A stretch of 64,000 bases of DNA. It comes from Rhynchobatus australiae. Taxonomy: Eukaryota. Positions within the stretch are counted from its first letter, which is position 1; every line of letters begins with the position of its first letter. The translations under genes were made by a program, and so were the position numbers. The stretch covers positions 10,929,573 to 10,993,572 of the forward strand of contig JAUZTB010000070.1 of the NCBI GenBank assembly GCA_034780895.1, given 5' to 3'. Below the pieces are notes generated by a model that had not been told where the DNA came from, made no database searches, and was given only the letters and a program-made list of their open reading frames with translations. Positions 28,038 through 40,285 of this stretch are shown piece by piece.

Positions 28038-28870
28038 TTAATTGGAATGTGGACTTTTTGGCTTCCTGTTGGCAGTAAGGCTGGCCTGTATAGGCTCCTG
28101 TGGGATACAGTCAAGAGCTTCCACATCAAGGACAGAGGCCTTCTGCAGTTGAGGTCTTTGAAGAGATCCTTGCAGTGGCCATTGGTTAACTCTCCATCCC
28201 TGATGAGCTCACCCAACTCTCAGCAGTCAGTGGGGTGGGTCCTTGGCTGTTTGGGATGTAGATGGCTTTTACTGCACTGAAGAACCAGCAGATGTCATAG
28301 CTGTCAGCAATTTACAAGTCTCGTGTTCTCTCCATCCACCAAATGTTTTTTAGGTCATGGGCTTTCAGTTGGATTTCTGCCTTCAGGTTTTTAGAGGAAT
28401 ATTTCTTTTCCTATGAGGAAAGATGGAGTTTTTCTTTGTAGTTCATCACTCTTCAATCTCCTAGCTGGTTGTTCTTGGTAGAAAAGACAAGAGTCTCTTC
28501 ATAGGTGCTAACAGTGGTGGACTTCAGGGCAGTCTGTAACTGTGGACGCTTCACAGCTCCTGCAGGTTAGGAGTTAGCAAGTTGTCTGTGAAGCACTGGC
28601 AGAGAAGAGCTGCCTTTGAGGGGTTCATGAGAACTTCAACGTTGACCTCCTTGTGCCAATGTTTCTGTTGACACTGATGTTTTGCAGCCAGGTGGATGGA
28701 GATGTTGCTGCAGCTGAGGCAGTTGTCAGTCCAGCAGCTACTGGTATCTGCCATGGTGCAGGTGATGTGGATGTCTTTGTGATCCCTCATCCAGATTGCA
28801 GGTGTGGGGTGTACCAGAGGTGCTGCCATGATGTTTTGTATTTTCCTTCTGATGAAACAGGATGTTTGTT
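28038..28870 (-). mobile_element. RTE LINE segment (endonuclease C-terminus and linker), inverted relative to the adjacent 3' part
   Basis: Minus-strand remnants KYKTSWQH, RDHKDIHIT, CWTD, KNIWWME, FFSAVKAIY, ELIRD, ALDCIPQ. Confidence 0.7.
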
Positions 28871-28871
28871 G

Positions 28872-30238
28872 CACAATGCCTCTGGAGCAGACAGTATCAC
28901 CAGGGAAACCCTAAGGCTCATGGTGCGCACCTGGGAAGGGGAGGATTTATCAGAGAACCTCAGAGATGCCAAAAGTGTGACTAAGGTAACCACAGAGGTA
29001 ACCCTCTGCCATCTACCATCACCAGAGTTCTCCTCAACCAGCCCATCCCAGTGGCTAAAGATCTCTCCCTGAATCCCAACATGGATTGTGTCCATCTAGA
29101 GGTACAGTGGACACCATCTTCACCGTGTGATAACTCCAAGAGAGATGCAGGGAGCAACCCCAGCCATGGAAGTGGAACTAACCTTTAGACCTAAGGGGGA
29201 ACTCTATACAGCAACTGTACTCCAGAACCAAGGTCACCAGGCCCTGGCTGTCGAGCTGCAATATGCAGCTGATGTTTGATTTTGACACATTTGGAGGCAA
29301 AGCTCCAAGCCATCACTGACTTATTTACTGAAGCATACAAAAGGACATCAACAAGACAAAGGTCCTCTGCTAACCACTGCCAAGGTTCACAGTGAGACCC
29401 TGAGAACTGAGGAGCTACTTCATGGTACAGGCAGATATTGACAGTAAAATTCACCCCTGCCTTCAATGCACTAGTACAACCTTTGGTGCATCGAGGAAAG
29501 GTTATTTGAAGATCAAGACCTCAAACCTGCACAAAGCTTATAGTGCACTGACCAGAAGAGATCCTCCCTCCACTCCCCCCATTACCCATCCTCCTATATA
29601 CTTCTGAGACCTAGACTACTTACAGCGGTCACTTCAAGGCACTGGAAAGATACCAACATAGTCTCCGCAAAATACTCCAAATTCACTGGAAGGATAAGCA
29701 ACCCAATAGCAGTGTCCTCAAGGAACACTCGATGGGCGGAATGGCCTAATTCTGCTCCTATGTCTTATGGTCATTCCCAACATTGAGACCCTAGTTACAG
29801 TTAGTTATTTTGGTCAGGTCATGTCATTTACATTGTCAACACCAGATTCCATAAGCAGACCCTCCATTCCAGGTTCTGTCATGGGAAGGGATTAGCAGAC
29901 ATACAGAGTAAAAGATTCAAGGATGTGCTCAAAGCCTCTTGAAGAAATGTAACATCACCACTGAGCCTTGGGAAACTCTAGACTACAATCACTCAAAGTG
30001 GAGAAGGAGCACTCTAGATAGTATTGAGAACTTTGAGTCCATGCATCAGGTGCATACAGAACTGGTGGAAGAAGCAGGTCACCTCACAAACTACTCACCC
30101 ACCCATCCCATCAGACACTCCTGCTCCATATATAGAAATGTCTGCAGTTCACACATTGGCCTCATTTACCACCTTAGAACCCACAAAGATGGAGTGGAAG
30201 TAAGTCATCCTCAATCTAAGGGACTACCTAACGAGAAG
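28872..30238 (+). mobile_element. RTE LINE RT domain to 3' end, with an internal deletion and a nested ~50 bp CR1 tail
   Basis: NASGAD, GNHRG, RVLLN, RGTVDTIFT, LQERCREQ, VELQYAAD, RFKDVLKASLKKC, SHIGLIYHLRTH remnants. Confidence 0.8.
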
Positions 30239-30559
30239 TTGAATTTAGAAGAGTTATAATTTAAGAATCATCTCTGAGACTGAGATGGTTCCAAGACAAC
30301 AAGGTTAACAATTGAAATCTGAACCAAGTCACTCTATGTATCTGACTCAGCTATTCAATATCTAAACTAGGCAGGGGCACTGTGTCCAAAATTTTATTGG
30401 ATTCTGACCAGCCAGCTTGGCATACTAAATAAACCAGAGTGCTTGATTAATGTATTAATTTGTAGAGTTGGCTCCTGGATACTCATGCATGAATAAGCCT
30501 AGCACTGGAAAGGTAGATGGTATTAGACAGTTTTAGTTCCAGATCTATTCCTGTGCACA

Positions 30560-32185
30560 CTGAATAAGTCCCCAGATCTGAGAAATCTTCAACTAGGTTA
30601 GTGGAGACTAATCTAATGGGAAAAGAGCAATATTACACATCATGTTCCTTCGTGATCTTTCAAGAACCACTGGAGTCAGGGAGGGTCCCAGGGGACTGGA
30701 AAATTGCAAATGTGACATTCCTGTTTAATAAGAGAGGGAGGTAAAAGACAGGAAATTAGAGGCCAGTTAGCCTCTCAGTGGTTGGTAAGATTTTAGACTC
30801 CATTATTAAGGATGAAATTTCAGAGTACTTGGAAATACTTGATAAAATAGGATGAAGTCAGCATGGTTTGGTTAAGGGGAGATCTTGTCTGACAAATCTG
30901 TTCAAATTCTTTGAGGCGGTAACAAGCAGGTTAGACAAAGGAGAGTCAGTGGATGTTATTTACTTGGATTTTCAGAAAGCTTTTCACGAGGTGCCACAGA
31001 TGAGGCTGCTAAACAAAATAAGAGCCCATGGTGTTATAGGTAAGGTGCTATCATGGATAGAAGTTTGGCTGACTAGCAGAAGCCAGAGAGTGGGGATAAA
31101 GGGGCCCCTTTCAGGATAGCTGCTGTTGGCTAGTGGGGACACAAGAGATTCTGCAAATGGTAATGAGTGGAGTTCCGCAGGGGTCAGTGCTGGGACCACA
31201 ACTTTTCACTTTATACATCAGTGATCTGGATGAAGGAATTGATGGCATTGTGGCCAAGTTTTCAGACAATACAAAGATAGGTGGAGAAACAGGTAGTGTT
31301 GTGGATGCAGGGAGGCTGCAGAAGGAGGTGGACAGGTTGGGAGAATGGGTAAAGAAGTAGCAGATGGAATACAGAGTAGGGAAGTTTGGGGTTATGCACT
31401 TTGCTAAGAAGAATAAAGGTGTCGTCTATTTCTAAATGGGGAGATAATTCAGAAGTTGGAGGTGCAAAGGGACTTGGTAGTCTAAGTTTGATTCCCTGNN
31501 NNNNNNNNNNNNNNNNNNNNNNNNNNNNNNNNNNNNNNNNNNNNNNNNNNNNNNNNNNNNNNNNNNNNNNNNNNNNNNNNNNNNNNNNNNNNNNNNNNGG
31601 TGCAAAGGGACTTGGTAGTCTAAGTTTGATTCCCTGAAGGTTAATTTATAGATTGAGTTGGTAGTAAGGAAGGCAAATGCAATGTTGGCATTCATTTCGA
31701 GAGGACTAGAATGTAAAGTGAGGATGTACTGCTGAGACTTTATAAGGTGTTCTTCAGACCGCATTTGGAAAATTGTGAGTAATTTTGGGCCCCATATCAA
31801 AGTAAAGATGTGCTGGTGTTGGAGGTGATCCAGAGGAGGTTCACAAGAATGATCCTAGGAATGAACGTATCAGGCGCATTTGGTGTTTCTGGGCCTGTAC
31901 TCAACGGAGTTCAGAAGGATGAGGGGGGATCTCATTGTAACCTACTGAATACTGAAAGTGAATCTGTGGATTTTGTTGCCACAGAGTTCTCTGGAGGCCA
32001 CGTCATTGGGTGTGTTTAAGTCAGAAATTGATAGGTTCTTGATTGTAAACGGGTTAAGGGTTACAGGGAACAAGAGAAAGCAGGAGAATGGGGTTGAAAA
32101 AAAATCAGCCATGATTGAATGGCAGAGCAGACTCCATGGGCCGAATGGCCTAATACTGCTCCTGTATCTCGTGGACTTATGGTCT
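30560..32185 (+). mobile_element. CR1 LINE, 5'-truncated, with disrupted RT domain and 3' tail
   Basis: GRSCLTNL, VDVIYLDFQKAF, SGVPQGSVLGPQLF, AKFSDNTK, IQRRFTRMI; tail gggccgaatggcctaatactgctcct. Multiple stops. Confidence 0.9.
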
Positions 32186-33789
32186 TGTGCAAACATCTGT
32201 GCTCTCTCTGTGGATTTCTCCATTTGAAGACAAGAAAGCTCAAATCACAGTCTCTCCTCTTGCTAAGCCACCACACATCTCTTGGAATACGCTATGACAT
32301 CAGAATTGAAAAACAGTGCTGGACTGTCAAATGGGAAGCTTAAAGGACAATAACTTCCAATAATACAATTTTAGGTAATTATAAATTGGGATCATTCAAG
32401 GCAGAGAAAATCTGATAACTGGAAACAAACTTAAATGCTTTAATTTATCTTGTACATCTTAACAATCTCACAGTGAAATCCTTCTGCAAAAACATGAAGG
32501 AAACTAGTCTCAACTCAGGACTTCAATTTTCTTTCTCCTAATATCACATAATCCAGTTGGCTAACTCAAAAGCAACATCTATGACACTCAATTTTTTTTA
32601 GTACAGACAAAAAGTGATGGATGGGAATAAACCTTCTGTCCAACCAGCCAGACAGTCACACACATTGTAATGTCTTGACTGTATTGATCTTAGTTGGTCA
32701 AATTATAGCCTCTGGAGTATCCATGGACTCTGGATTAGAAAGCACGATGCGGGGAAAGGGTGAAAGAAGGCATACTTTACACGTTGTTTACACTATTGCA
32801 CTATTTCCTTTTGCAGTTCTGCATTAATGATCAGTTAAGTACTGTAAGTGCACTTGGTTCAAACAATCAGTGCCTCAGAACACTAATAAACACAACATCT
32901 GTTTGATGGTCAGAGGCGGGTAACAAGTACAATAATTCCCATAGATATGACATCATCGGATAAACATAGTCCTCTCCAAGACCACAACCTTTTTAAATGT
33001 CAAAGAATGTTGATTTTTTTATATAGTTTAAGTGACCATATTTATTACCCCAAGATGTTCCCCTCTTNNNNNNNNNNACATGCGGCCAGTGCTTTGTCCT
33101 ACAAACTCCCTCCCCTCTTCTCCTGAAGACACTTATTCTGCCATGTGTTAAGCCACCTTCTAGTAACCCAATCAATTAACCATTCTTCATGTGAGCCACT
33201 GTTGAACTATAAAGGGCATTGCCATGAATCCCAGACTGATTTGAATTCATACTTTCAACCAACACAATAATCAGGAGTAACAATCTATGTAACAGTGGCA
33301 TTTTTAAGACATGCTGATCTGCAGAGAGGAAGAAAACAGTAAGGTGAGGCTTAAAATCTTGAAAATATATTTTTTAATGAATTTAGGTTATACAAGATGG
33401 AAGAAAAATTTTAGTGAACAGTAAGATAACAGGCAAAGTGCACTAATGCTTTTTTAATATTTAATTTTATTTGATTTGGAATGCATTTAAATCGTACAAG
33501 GCTAATATTACAAAAAAAATTTAGGTCTATAGATGAATAGATATATATTGCTTTAGTATTAGTGCTTCTTTCTGTGCCAAAATCAAAACTTAAGATGTAA
33601 GTTAACCCTGGTAACTAGCCCACAGTCTAGCTGCCTGAACTGCTTCACAAGGTAAAAGATGTTTTGATATTTTTGCCCCTTCTGTCTCCCCATTCCCCTT
33701 GAGACTTAGATACAGTTTACACCCAGAAATGATGGGTTGTGTGTGATCAGGAAATAAAAACCTTGCCACTTCTGGTATCTGAGTGTCAC

Positions 33790-34170
33790 CCATGATAACA
33801 TTGTGCTTGTCACATCAGAAGGTTGTAGGTTCAAGGCTCCACTACAGGAAGTGGAGCACAATCATGTAAGGCAACACTCTCAGTATCATGTTGAGAGCTT
33901 CCCCACCCAGATATTAAACCCAGACTCCAACTGCACTCTCGGATGGAGATAAAAGACCCCAAAGCACAATTTTGCTGGGATGCAGGGGAGTTTGATTCTG
34001 CTTTCTTCAACCAATGTCACTAAGATATTATCAAATCATGATATGATTGCTGTTTGTGTAAGTTACTACATGCAATTTGACCACTGCCCCATTCCCTACA
34101 TCAGTATCTACCCTCCAAAAATATTTTGTTTGCTACAAGGAACTTTGGAACATCTGACATCATGAGAAAC
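33790..34170 (+). mobile_element. Deu-domain SINE remnant
   Basis: tcagaaggttgtaggttcaag head; ggatggagataaaagaccccaaagcacaattt...caggggagtt...attgctgtttgtg Deu core; L2-like tail. Confidence 0.65.
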
Positions 34171-35459
34171 ACCAGGTTTCATCTCCCTTTTTTCTTAAAA
34201 CACAGGTGGGCAAAGTGCAGATGACCAGTCGGCTCTGGAGAGTGTTGTTGAGTAAAATCTCTTAAGGGGATTGTGTACTTCTATTTCTCAGAGGCATTTT
34301 TATCTTTTTGACTACTTTGGTTGCGTTGTCTGAGCTTTGAAAGAACTAACTTCTTTTCCTGGAGAATGGTGAGAATGTAGAATTAATTTCAACCACTCCT
34401 TGCATTAGTGAACTGGACAGATACATTATGGGAGACACTGGATGAGTACATGAGGGAGAAGGAAAACTGGGTCAAAGTTATGGATTTTGGTAAGGAAAGA
34501 TGGGGGAAGTTACAACTGGAGGAAGGGGATCCACTAGGCATTAATATTTACAACTCTGCTCCCAGAGTGGAGGGGTTGACCACTTCAAGAAATTAACCTA
34601 CACCCCTCAACATAACACTGCCATAATCTGATTCACCCACCACCACCTTGTTATCTTCAGTGCCTCAGAACTCCCTCTCAGACCACGCTGTCCTATCCTT
34701 CCCTCTTCACAACACCATCCTAGCCCCATCCCATCCCCAAAATCTCCCATCTCCTCCCCAGATGCAGCCTTGTATTGAGGAATATCTCTTATCAGCCTGT
34801 CAGGCAGATCGGGTGAAAAATTTAAAAAGCACTTTTAGTGGTTGCTGTTTCGTACTTGAAGACCCTTTTATTCTTCTATCCCAACTAGACTCAACCTTGT
34901 CAAGCTGTACGCAGACAATATGTAACTTCTTTAACCAAAAAAGATAGAAATTTGGACACAAGGAGTGGTTGAAACAAATAGTCCAGATACACTTAAGGGG
35001 AGATTGGACAAGTAAATGAGGCAGAAGGGAACAGAGAATCATACTGGTAGATTTGGGAGGAGGCTCAATAGGAGCATAAAATCCGGCGTGGACTGATTGG
35101 GCCTGATGGCCTATTTCTGTGCTGGATGTAATCCTTTGATTTGTCAGCAGGGCACTTGAGAAAACCTTCTGATTTCCCATCAGGGTCTTCTCTCAGCATA
35201 AACACTGAGGCTTTTGACACTATGGTTACAATTTCACAATTACTCACAAGAGATTTGTTGGCCGTTCATTATGTTCAAGTTCAGACAGTATGATGGGTCT
35301 CACACCTAAGTCTAATCCTGTCCTCAACCAATGACATTGGTTCCCATTTCTCAAAGATAGTAATTGGGTCTGGGAATCTTGGCTGAGCTTCTTGCTCCTG
35401 GTTTATTGACAGTGCCCCAGTACCAGCTCTGATAAGCCAACCCCAATACAGACGGAAGC

Positions 35460-35553
35460 TGGAATTTAAAACAAGCTGCTGGAAGAACTCAGCAGATCAA
35501 GCAGGTGACGTTTTTTGTTCCAGATCCCAGCATCTGCAGTCTCTTGTTTCTCG
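35460..35553. mobile_element. Minimal Penelope-derived fold-back element
   Basis: gctggaagaactcagcagatcaagcag joined to gttccagatcccagcatctgcagtctcttgt. Confidence 0.55.
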
Positions 35554-36104
35554 GAAGGTGGAACCAGCTGGTTTGCAGTGGCAAAGTGTGTGCCAAAGTG
35601 AATGTTTACAAAGGCCAATATACAACAGCTGGCTGCTGTTAGCCATAGTTAAAAATCTTCATAAGTGACAGTATAATAAATGAGAATCTAATAAAATCTC
35701 AAATTGTGCTGAGCAGACAGAAACTGGAATTAACGATTATTTGATCAGCCATGGACATTCTTTATGGCGATTTTAATCTTTGCCACACAGTCATTGAAAG
35801 CTTCACAGAAACATTCAGAGTCAGACTTAATCAGTATTACACAGAATCAATCAGAACCACAGTGAGCAGGTTTATTCATGGCATTTGCTGTTCCCAGCTA
35901 GGGTAGTAGTGAAAAGATTACAGTTGGCTTCAGTGCTCTCAAATCTTGTTTCTCATTGCTACTAAATGTCTCCCACTGGAAGGTGTTTTGTGTAAGAGTG
36001 AGATCAAGGTCACCATAAATAGATGGAATGGCACTGTTCAGGTACGCACAATAGAATAACAATTTGGCTGATATGCTGGGGGCTGTTCTCTTGTGGGAGT
36101 CAGG

Positions 36105-36610
36105 ATATAAGAACATAACAGGAGAAGGCCAATTGGCTCCTCGAGCCTGAACTGCCATTTTAATCTTAGCCTCAACACAACTTTCCTTTTCTCTTCCCAT
36201 ACCTCTTGACTCCTTTGTAGTTAAAATCTGTCATTTGGTCTTATCTTGTGCAGTAACTTTGTATGTGGCATGTTATTGAATGCTTTTTGGAGATCGACAT
36301 ACATTACACCTACTGATTAGTCTTTAGCCACCTTGTTGGTTACACCCTCAAAGACCTCGAGCAAATTTGCCAATTGTGATTTCCCTTTTATAAAACTATC
36401 AGACATGAGTCTCCATGACTGTCCTGTTGTTTTCTGAATGCCCTGCCTTTACTTCCTTAATAATGGACTTCAGCATTTTCCCAATGACAGGCATTAGTTT
36501 AAATGGCCAATTAATGTTTCTGTCTCCCTCCTTTCTTAAATAGTGGTGCTACACTTGTGGATTTCCAGTCTGCGAGGATCTCCCCAGAAACCAGGGAACT
36601 TTGGTAGATT
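36105..36610 (-). mobile_element. CR1 LINE fragments (3' tail plus RT pieces, internally deleted)
   Basis: ataagaacataacaggagaaggcc tail; gaatgctttttggagatc, aattgtgatttcccttttataaaac and ttccccagaaaccaggga are complementary to the 30.6-31.0 kb CR1. Confidence 0.6.
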
Positions 36611-38804
36611 ACAATCAACATATGGAAATAAAACTATAGTGTTTAATGTATACTCTGCTAGACCCCAGATTAGAAGGTTAATCTGGTGTATTAGTTGGTG
36701 TTCCTTGTCCATGGTCATGGGATAGTATAACCTATCACACTGCATCTCAATGGAGTGGTACTAAAATAAAACAAAATATAATTGACCACTGCACGAGTGA
36801 TTGCAGTATGAGTTATAGTTCTGCTCCATTCTATACAACTGCAATGATGACACTATCTGGCATTTCCCCAGGACTGCACCAGGAACCAAGCCAAAGGGCA
36901 TTTTAGTAATTAGCATGTGAAATACTGAAGTATAAAGCATCTAAACTAAACACACTGGTCATTTATCACTCACACCGCGTCATGTTATTGCTGCAATATT
37001 TTATCACCTAGAAGAAATCCAGTTAATTCCATTTGGTATCAATTAGCATGATTACTACTTGGTTAATCAAAGCACACTAGTGACGCCTATTGATGCCACC
37101 AGTTTAATGAAGAGCCATCCATTCATGCATTCAATATTATTAACCAAGTTTCACTGAGCTGGAGGTAGGTGGGAGGTGTAAAAGTAAATTAGGATTCCCT
37201 CTATTAACGTGGGGACTCCAACTGGAAAATGAACATTTTGGGGAGAAAATCTGGCTTATCTATGATGTCCCATAGTCAAGTAGGCTATTGACACTCTGGA
37301 AAGGGGGCAGAGAAACTTAAGGAACAAATATTGTCTCTCTAGCTAACTCCGGTTGGAATGTGACTCCCTACAATTTTATTTCCAGGACATGGGTCATTCC
37401 TGATGACCCTGAAGGTGGTGGTGAACCTTCTTCAAGTGCAGTCATCCCAGCAAGTATGTTTCCTAGCATTCATGTCCTATGCCTTCTCGGTGGGAAAGTG
37501 GCTCCAGGGAATGTTCTGGTAGATTGCAGGTTGAACTTCTGCTCACTGGTGGTGACTGGGACCCCAGTTACTCAGATATGCCAAGGTGGCTACGCTCTGT
37601 GTTTTGCAGTCTCCAGCACTATTCTTCAGGTATAGAGAGTAATTGGTTTTTGCCTGAAGCCCCCTCAATCAATTTTGCAGTGTAATAATCAGGTCCAGAG
37701 AATGAACAGTGACAGCAAATCTAGTGCCTATTGTCACTTTGTCTGAAGTTAAACTTCCACAGGCCCTTGAATTAAATTCAATGCTTCCCAGCTCAGTACC
37801 TCACTGGGCAGTACGTTTACCCACCGAATCTGCAGAAGGGAGATGCTGCCCATTAAAAAATCTAGTCCAAGTTGTGTGATGCCACAGTAACAGATGGAAC
37901 GTTAAGGAAAGATCTCTCTACAATTACAACAGAATGTGCGTTTTAGATCGCAAAGGAGCCGCAGAGGATTGAGGTCCTCCCTCCTCTCTCTGTGTGTCGG
38001 GGTAAGAGTGTATCAGTGACATACCGCATTCCTCCTCTGCTGGGGACATCAGTCTAAATTTCGATGGGGGGAGGGGGGTTGGCTGGAGAAGATTATGAAG
38101 CATTCAAGATCCCAGACCAAAATCGCGAGCCATACCCCCCAAATACAACCGCCCTTACCAGTCGTAGCCTTATGAAGTGCCTCAGCGGATTACTCCAGTT
38201 ACTAATAACATTGGCAGAACACTGGTTAAGCGATGGAGTGAGCCATCTTAATGCTAAAGAAAATATTTCAAAAATCCAATTACATCTCCAACGCTCAGGC
38301 AAATGGATCAACCGGCGCAGTGTTCATTTTAACAAATTTACCATAAATCGCCATTGGCTTCAGCATTACATCTATTATACTATCCAATATGAAACTGTTT
38401 CATTTATTTAAAACTAACGCTTACTTTTCGCTTCCCACAAAGGTTGTTGATTCCAGTCTAACCAGAACACAAGCTGATTTACACTAAACTTCAGGATTAC
38501 CTGAAGTTAACCGTTTGCAATTCTACTTGGCAACTGAAATGAGATGAAATCTTCTGGAAAGTTCGGAATTAAACTCTGCGAACCTGAGAAGTGTAATAAT
38601 TCTCGATGTCTAAGGGCAGACCAAGCGGTTCATTATCCCCCACCCACTGAAGCAAACGTTTCTGCACAGCCAGTGCCCGGGGTAGTGGAGTGGACTGAAT
38701 CCCAGCGTTCAAAAGGGAGCCGTGTGGGAGGTAATCATTTCCTGGGCGAGACTGCTTTTGCACAAAGCCAGTACAGACCCAACGGGCCGAATGGCCTAAC
38801 TCTG

Positions 38805-39018
38805 NNNNNNNNNNNNNNNNNNNNNNNNNNNNNNNNNNNNNNNNNNNNNNNNNNNNNNNNNNNNNNNNNNNNNNNNNNNNNNNNNNNNNNNNNNNNNNNN
38901 NNNNNNNNNNNNNNNNNNNNNNNNNNNNNNNNNNNNNNNNNNNNNNNNNNNNNNNNNNNNNNNNNNNNNNNNNNNNNNNNNNNNNNNNNNNNNNNNNNNN
39001 NNNNNNNNNNNNNNNNNN
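38805..39018. other. Assembly gap hiding the grin3b exon 1 splice donor
   Basis: The reading frame is open into the N-run. Exon 2 requires a phase-0 donor a few codons further on. Confidence 0.85.
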
Positions 39019-39442
39019 TCCTCAGTGCCTCGCCTTGCTCCATTATACTAATGAAGGGGATTTCCAGGAAGGAAGATAAGAAATCCATCTGAGTAAGTTG
39101 CTCGGTGGACTGTGGGAAGGCCAGGACGGCGGCGACTCCCCGGACCACCACCGACTGGCAGATGGATTGCAGGAGTGACTGGGGGTCGGGTTGCCACGCC
39201 TGGCTGTGAACCATCTCCAGGCTCAGGTTGTAGGGCAGCAGGTTCCCCCGGAGCGCCGAGTCCGCAGCTTCCACCACCGCCTGTTGAAGTTCAGCTCTCC
39301 GTCGAGTGGGCAGGACGGTTCCCAGGCGCACGGTGTGTCCGATCCGGCTGAGGATGTGGCAGGGTTCAGGGTGAGGGTGGCAGAGGCTCAGGAAGGCGTG
39401 CAGGACCCCGAGCAGAGGCCACAATCTGTCCCTGGTCTCCAT
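39019..39442 (-). CDS. grin3b: GluN3B NMDA receptor subunit, coding exon 1 (signal peptide and start of the amino-terminal domain); 3' end lies in N-gap 38805-39018
   Basis: ATG at 39442 in strong Kozak context (gacATGG). Translation METRDRLWPLLGVLHAFLSLC-HPHPEPCHILSRIGHTVRLG...LLPYNLSLE...DPQSLLQSICQSVVVRGVAAVLAFPQS matches GluN3 N-termini. It lacks the two long N-terminal insertions of mammalian GluN3A, as GluN3B does. Confidence 0.9.
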
Positions 39443-39620
39443 GTCCAGTCCCCGGACGAGGCGGCGAAGGGGATCCGAGAGCAGGAGGCGGACGGAGTTG
39501 GCAGGCTCCGGCTCACACCCAGACCATTGCTGCGGCTTGAGATTGTCATTGGCTGATCAGTGGGGATTGGGTCCGGGCTCCAAATCTGCTGTGAACGAGC
39601 TTTAAAGTTATGCGGTCACT
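39020..39620. promoter_or_regulatory. CpG-island-like region over grin3b exon 1 and 5' UTR
   Basis: Visibly high GC and many CpG dinucleotides compared with the CpG-depleted rest of the window. Confidence 0.75.
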
Positions 39621-40128
39621 GGTGGTTTTGGGAGGACGGGGAATGAACAGGGAGGAGAGAGAGAGACGGAGAGAAGAAGGTAAAACAGGAAGAAGAGAAA
39701 GCGAGGGAAAAAGAAAATACATAAAATCTTAAACATGAACTAAGACGGTGTAAATTGAAATGGTTGGATAGAATAGTGAAGGCACTGAGACTCGTGCAGC
39801 GAGTTGAGGATGGGGTGAGGAGAGGCAAGGGATATGGGAGAGTCTCNNNNNNNNNNNNNNNNNNNNNNNNNNNNNNNNNNNNNNNNNNNNNNNNNNNNNN
39901 NNNNNNNNNNNNNNNNNNNNNNNNNNNNNNNNNNNNNNNNNNNNNNNNNNNNNNNNNNNNNNNNNNNNNNNNNNNNNNNNNNNNNNNNNNNNNNNNNNNN
40001 NNNNNNNNNNNNNNNNNNNNNNNNNNNNNNNNNNNNNNNNNNNNNNNNNNNNNNNNNNNNNNNNNNNNNNNNNNNNNNNNNNNNNNNNNNNNNNNCTGGG
40101 AGGAATGGAGATTGAAGCTGCTTCTCAC

Positions 40129-40260
40129 CTCCAGGGTCCCCGACCTGAGAGGAAAACACCGTTCGGCTGGACATCGCTCAACAGCGCAACTTCCAGCTGC
40201 CAGTCAGAACAAACCTGAAAGTTCACGTCTCCATTGTTGCCTCCTGAGACCAGTTTCTGG
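40129..40260 (-). other. Putative non-coding 5' leader exon of grin3b
   Basis: Lies downstream of the candidate promoter and ends at a strong donor GAG|GTGAGA (40129/40128). A long polypyrimidine tract followed by CAG at 39621-39619 is a candidate acceptor. The start position is inferred. Confidence 0.4.
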
Positions 40261-40285
40261 GCTTCTTCAATATCCGATCCTGCCA

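Noticed and set aside
39112-39556. Plus-strand ORFs antisense to exon 1
   Set aside because: Expected stop-poor shadow frames of a GC-rich coding exon.
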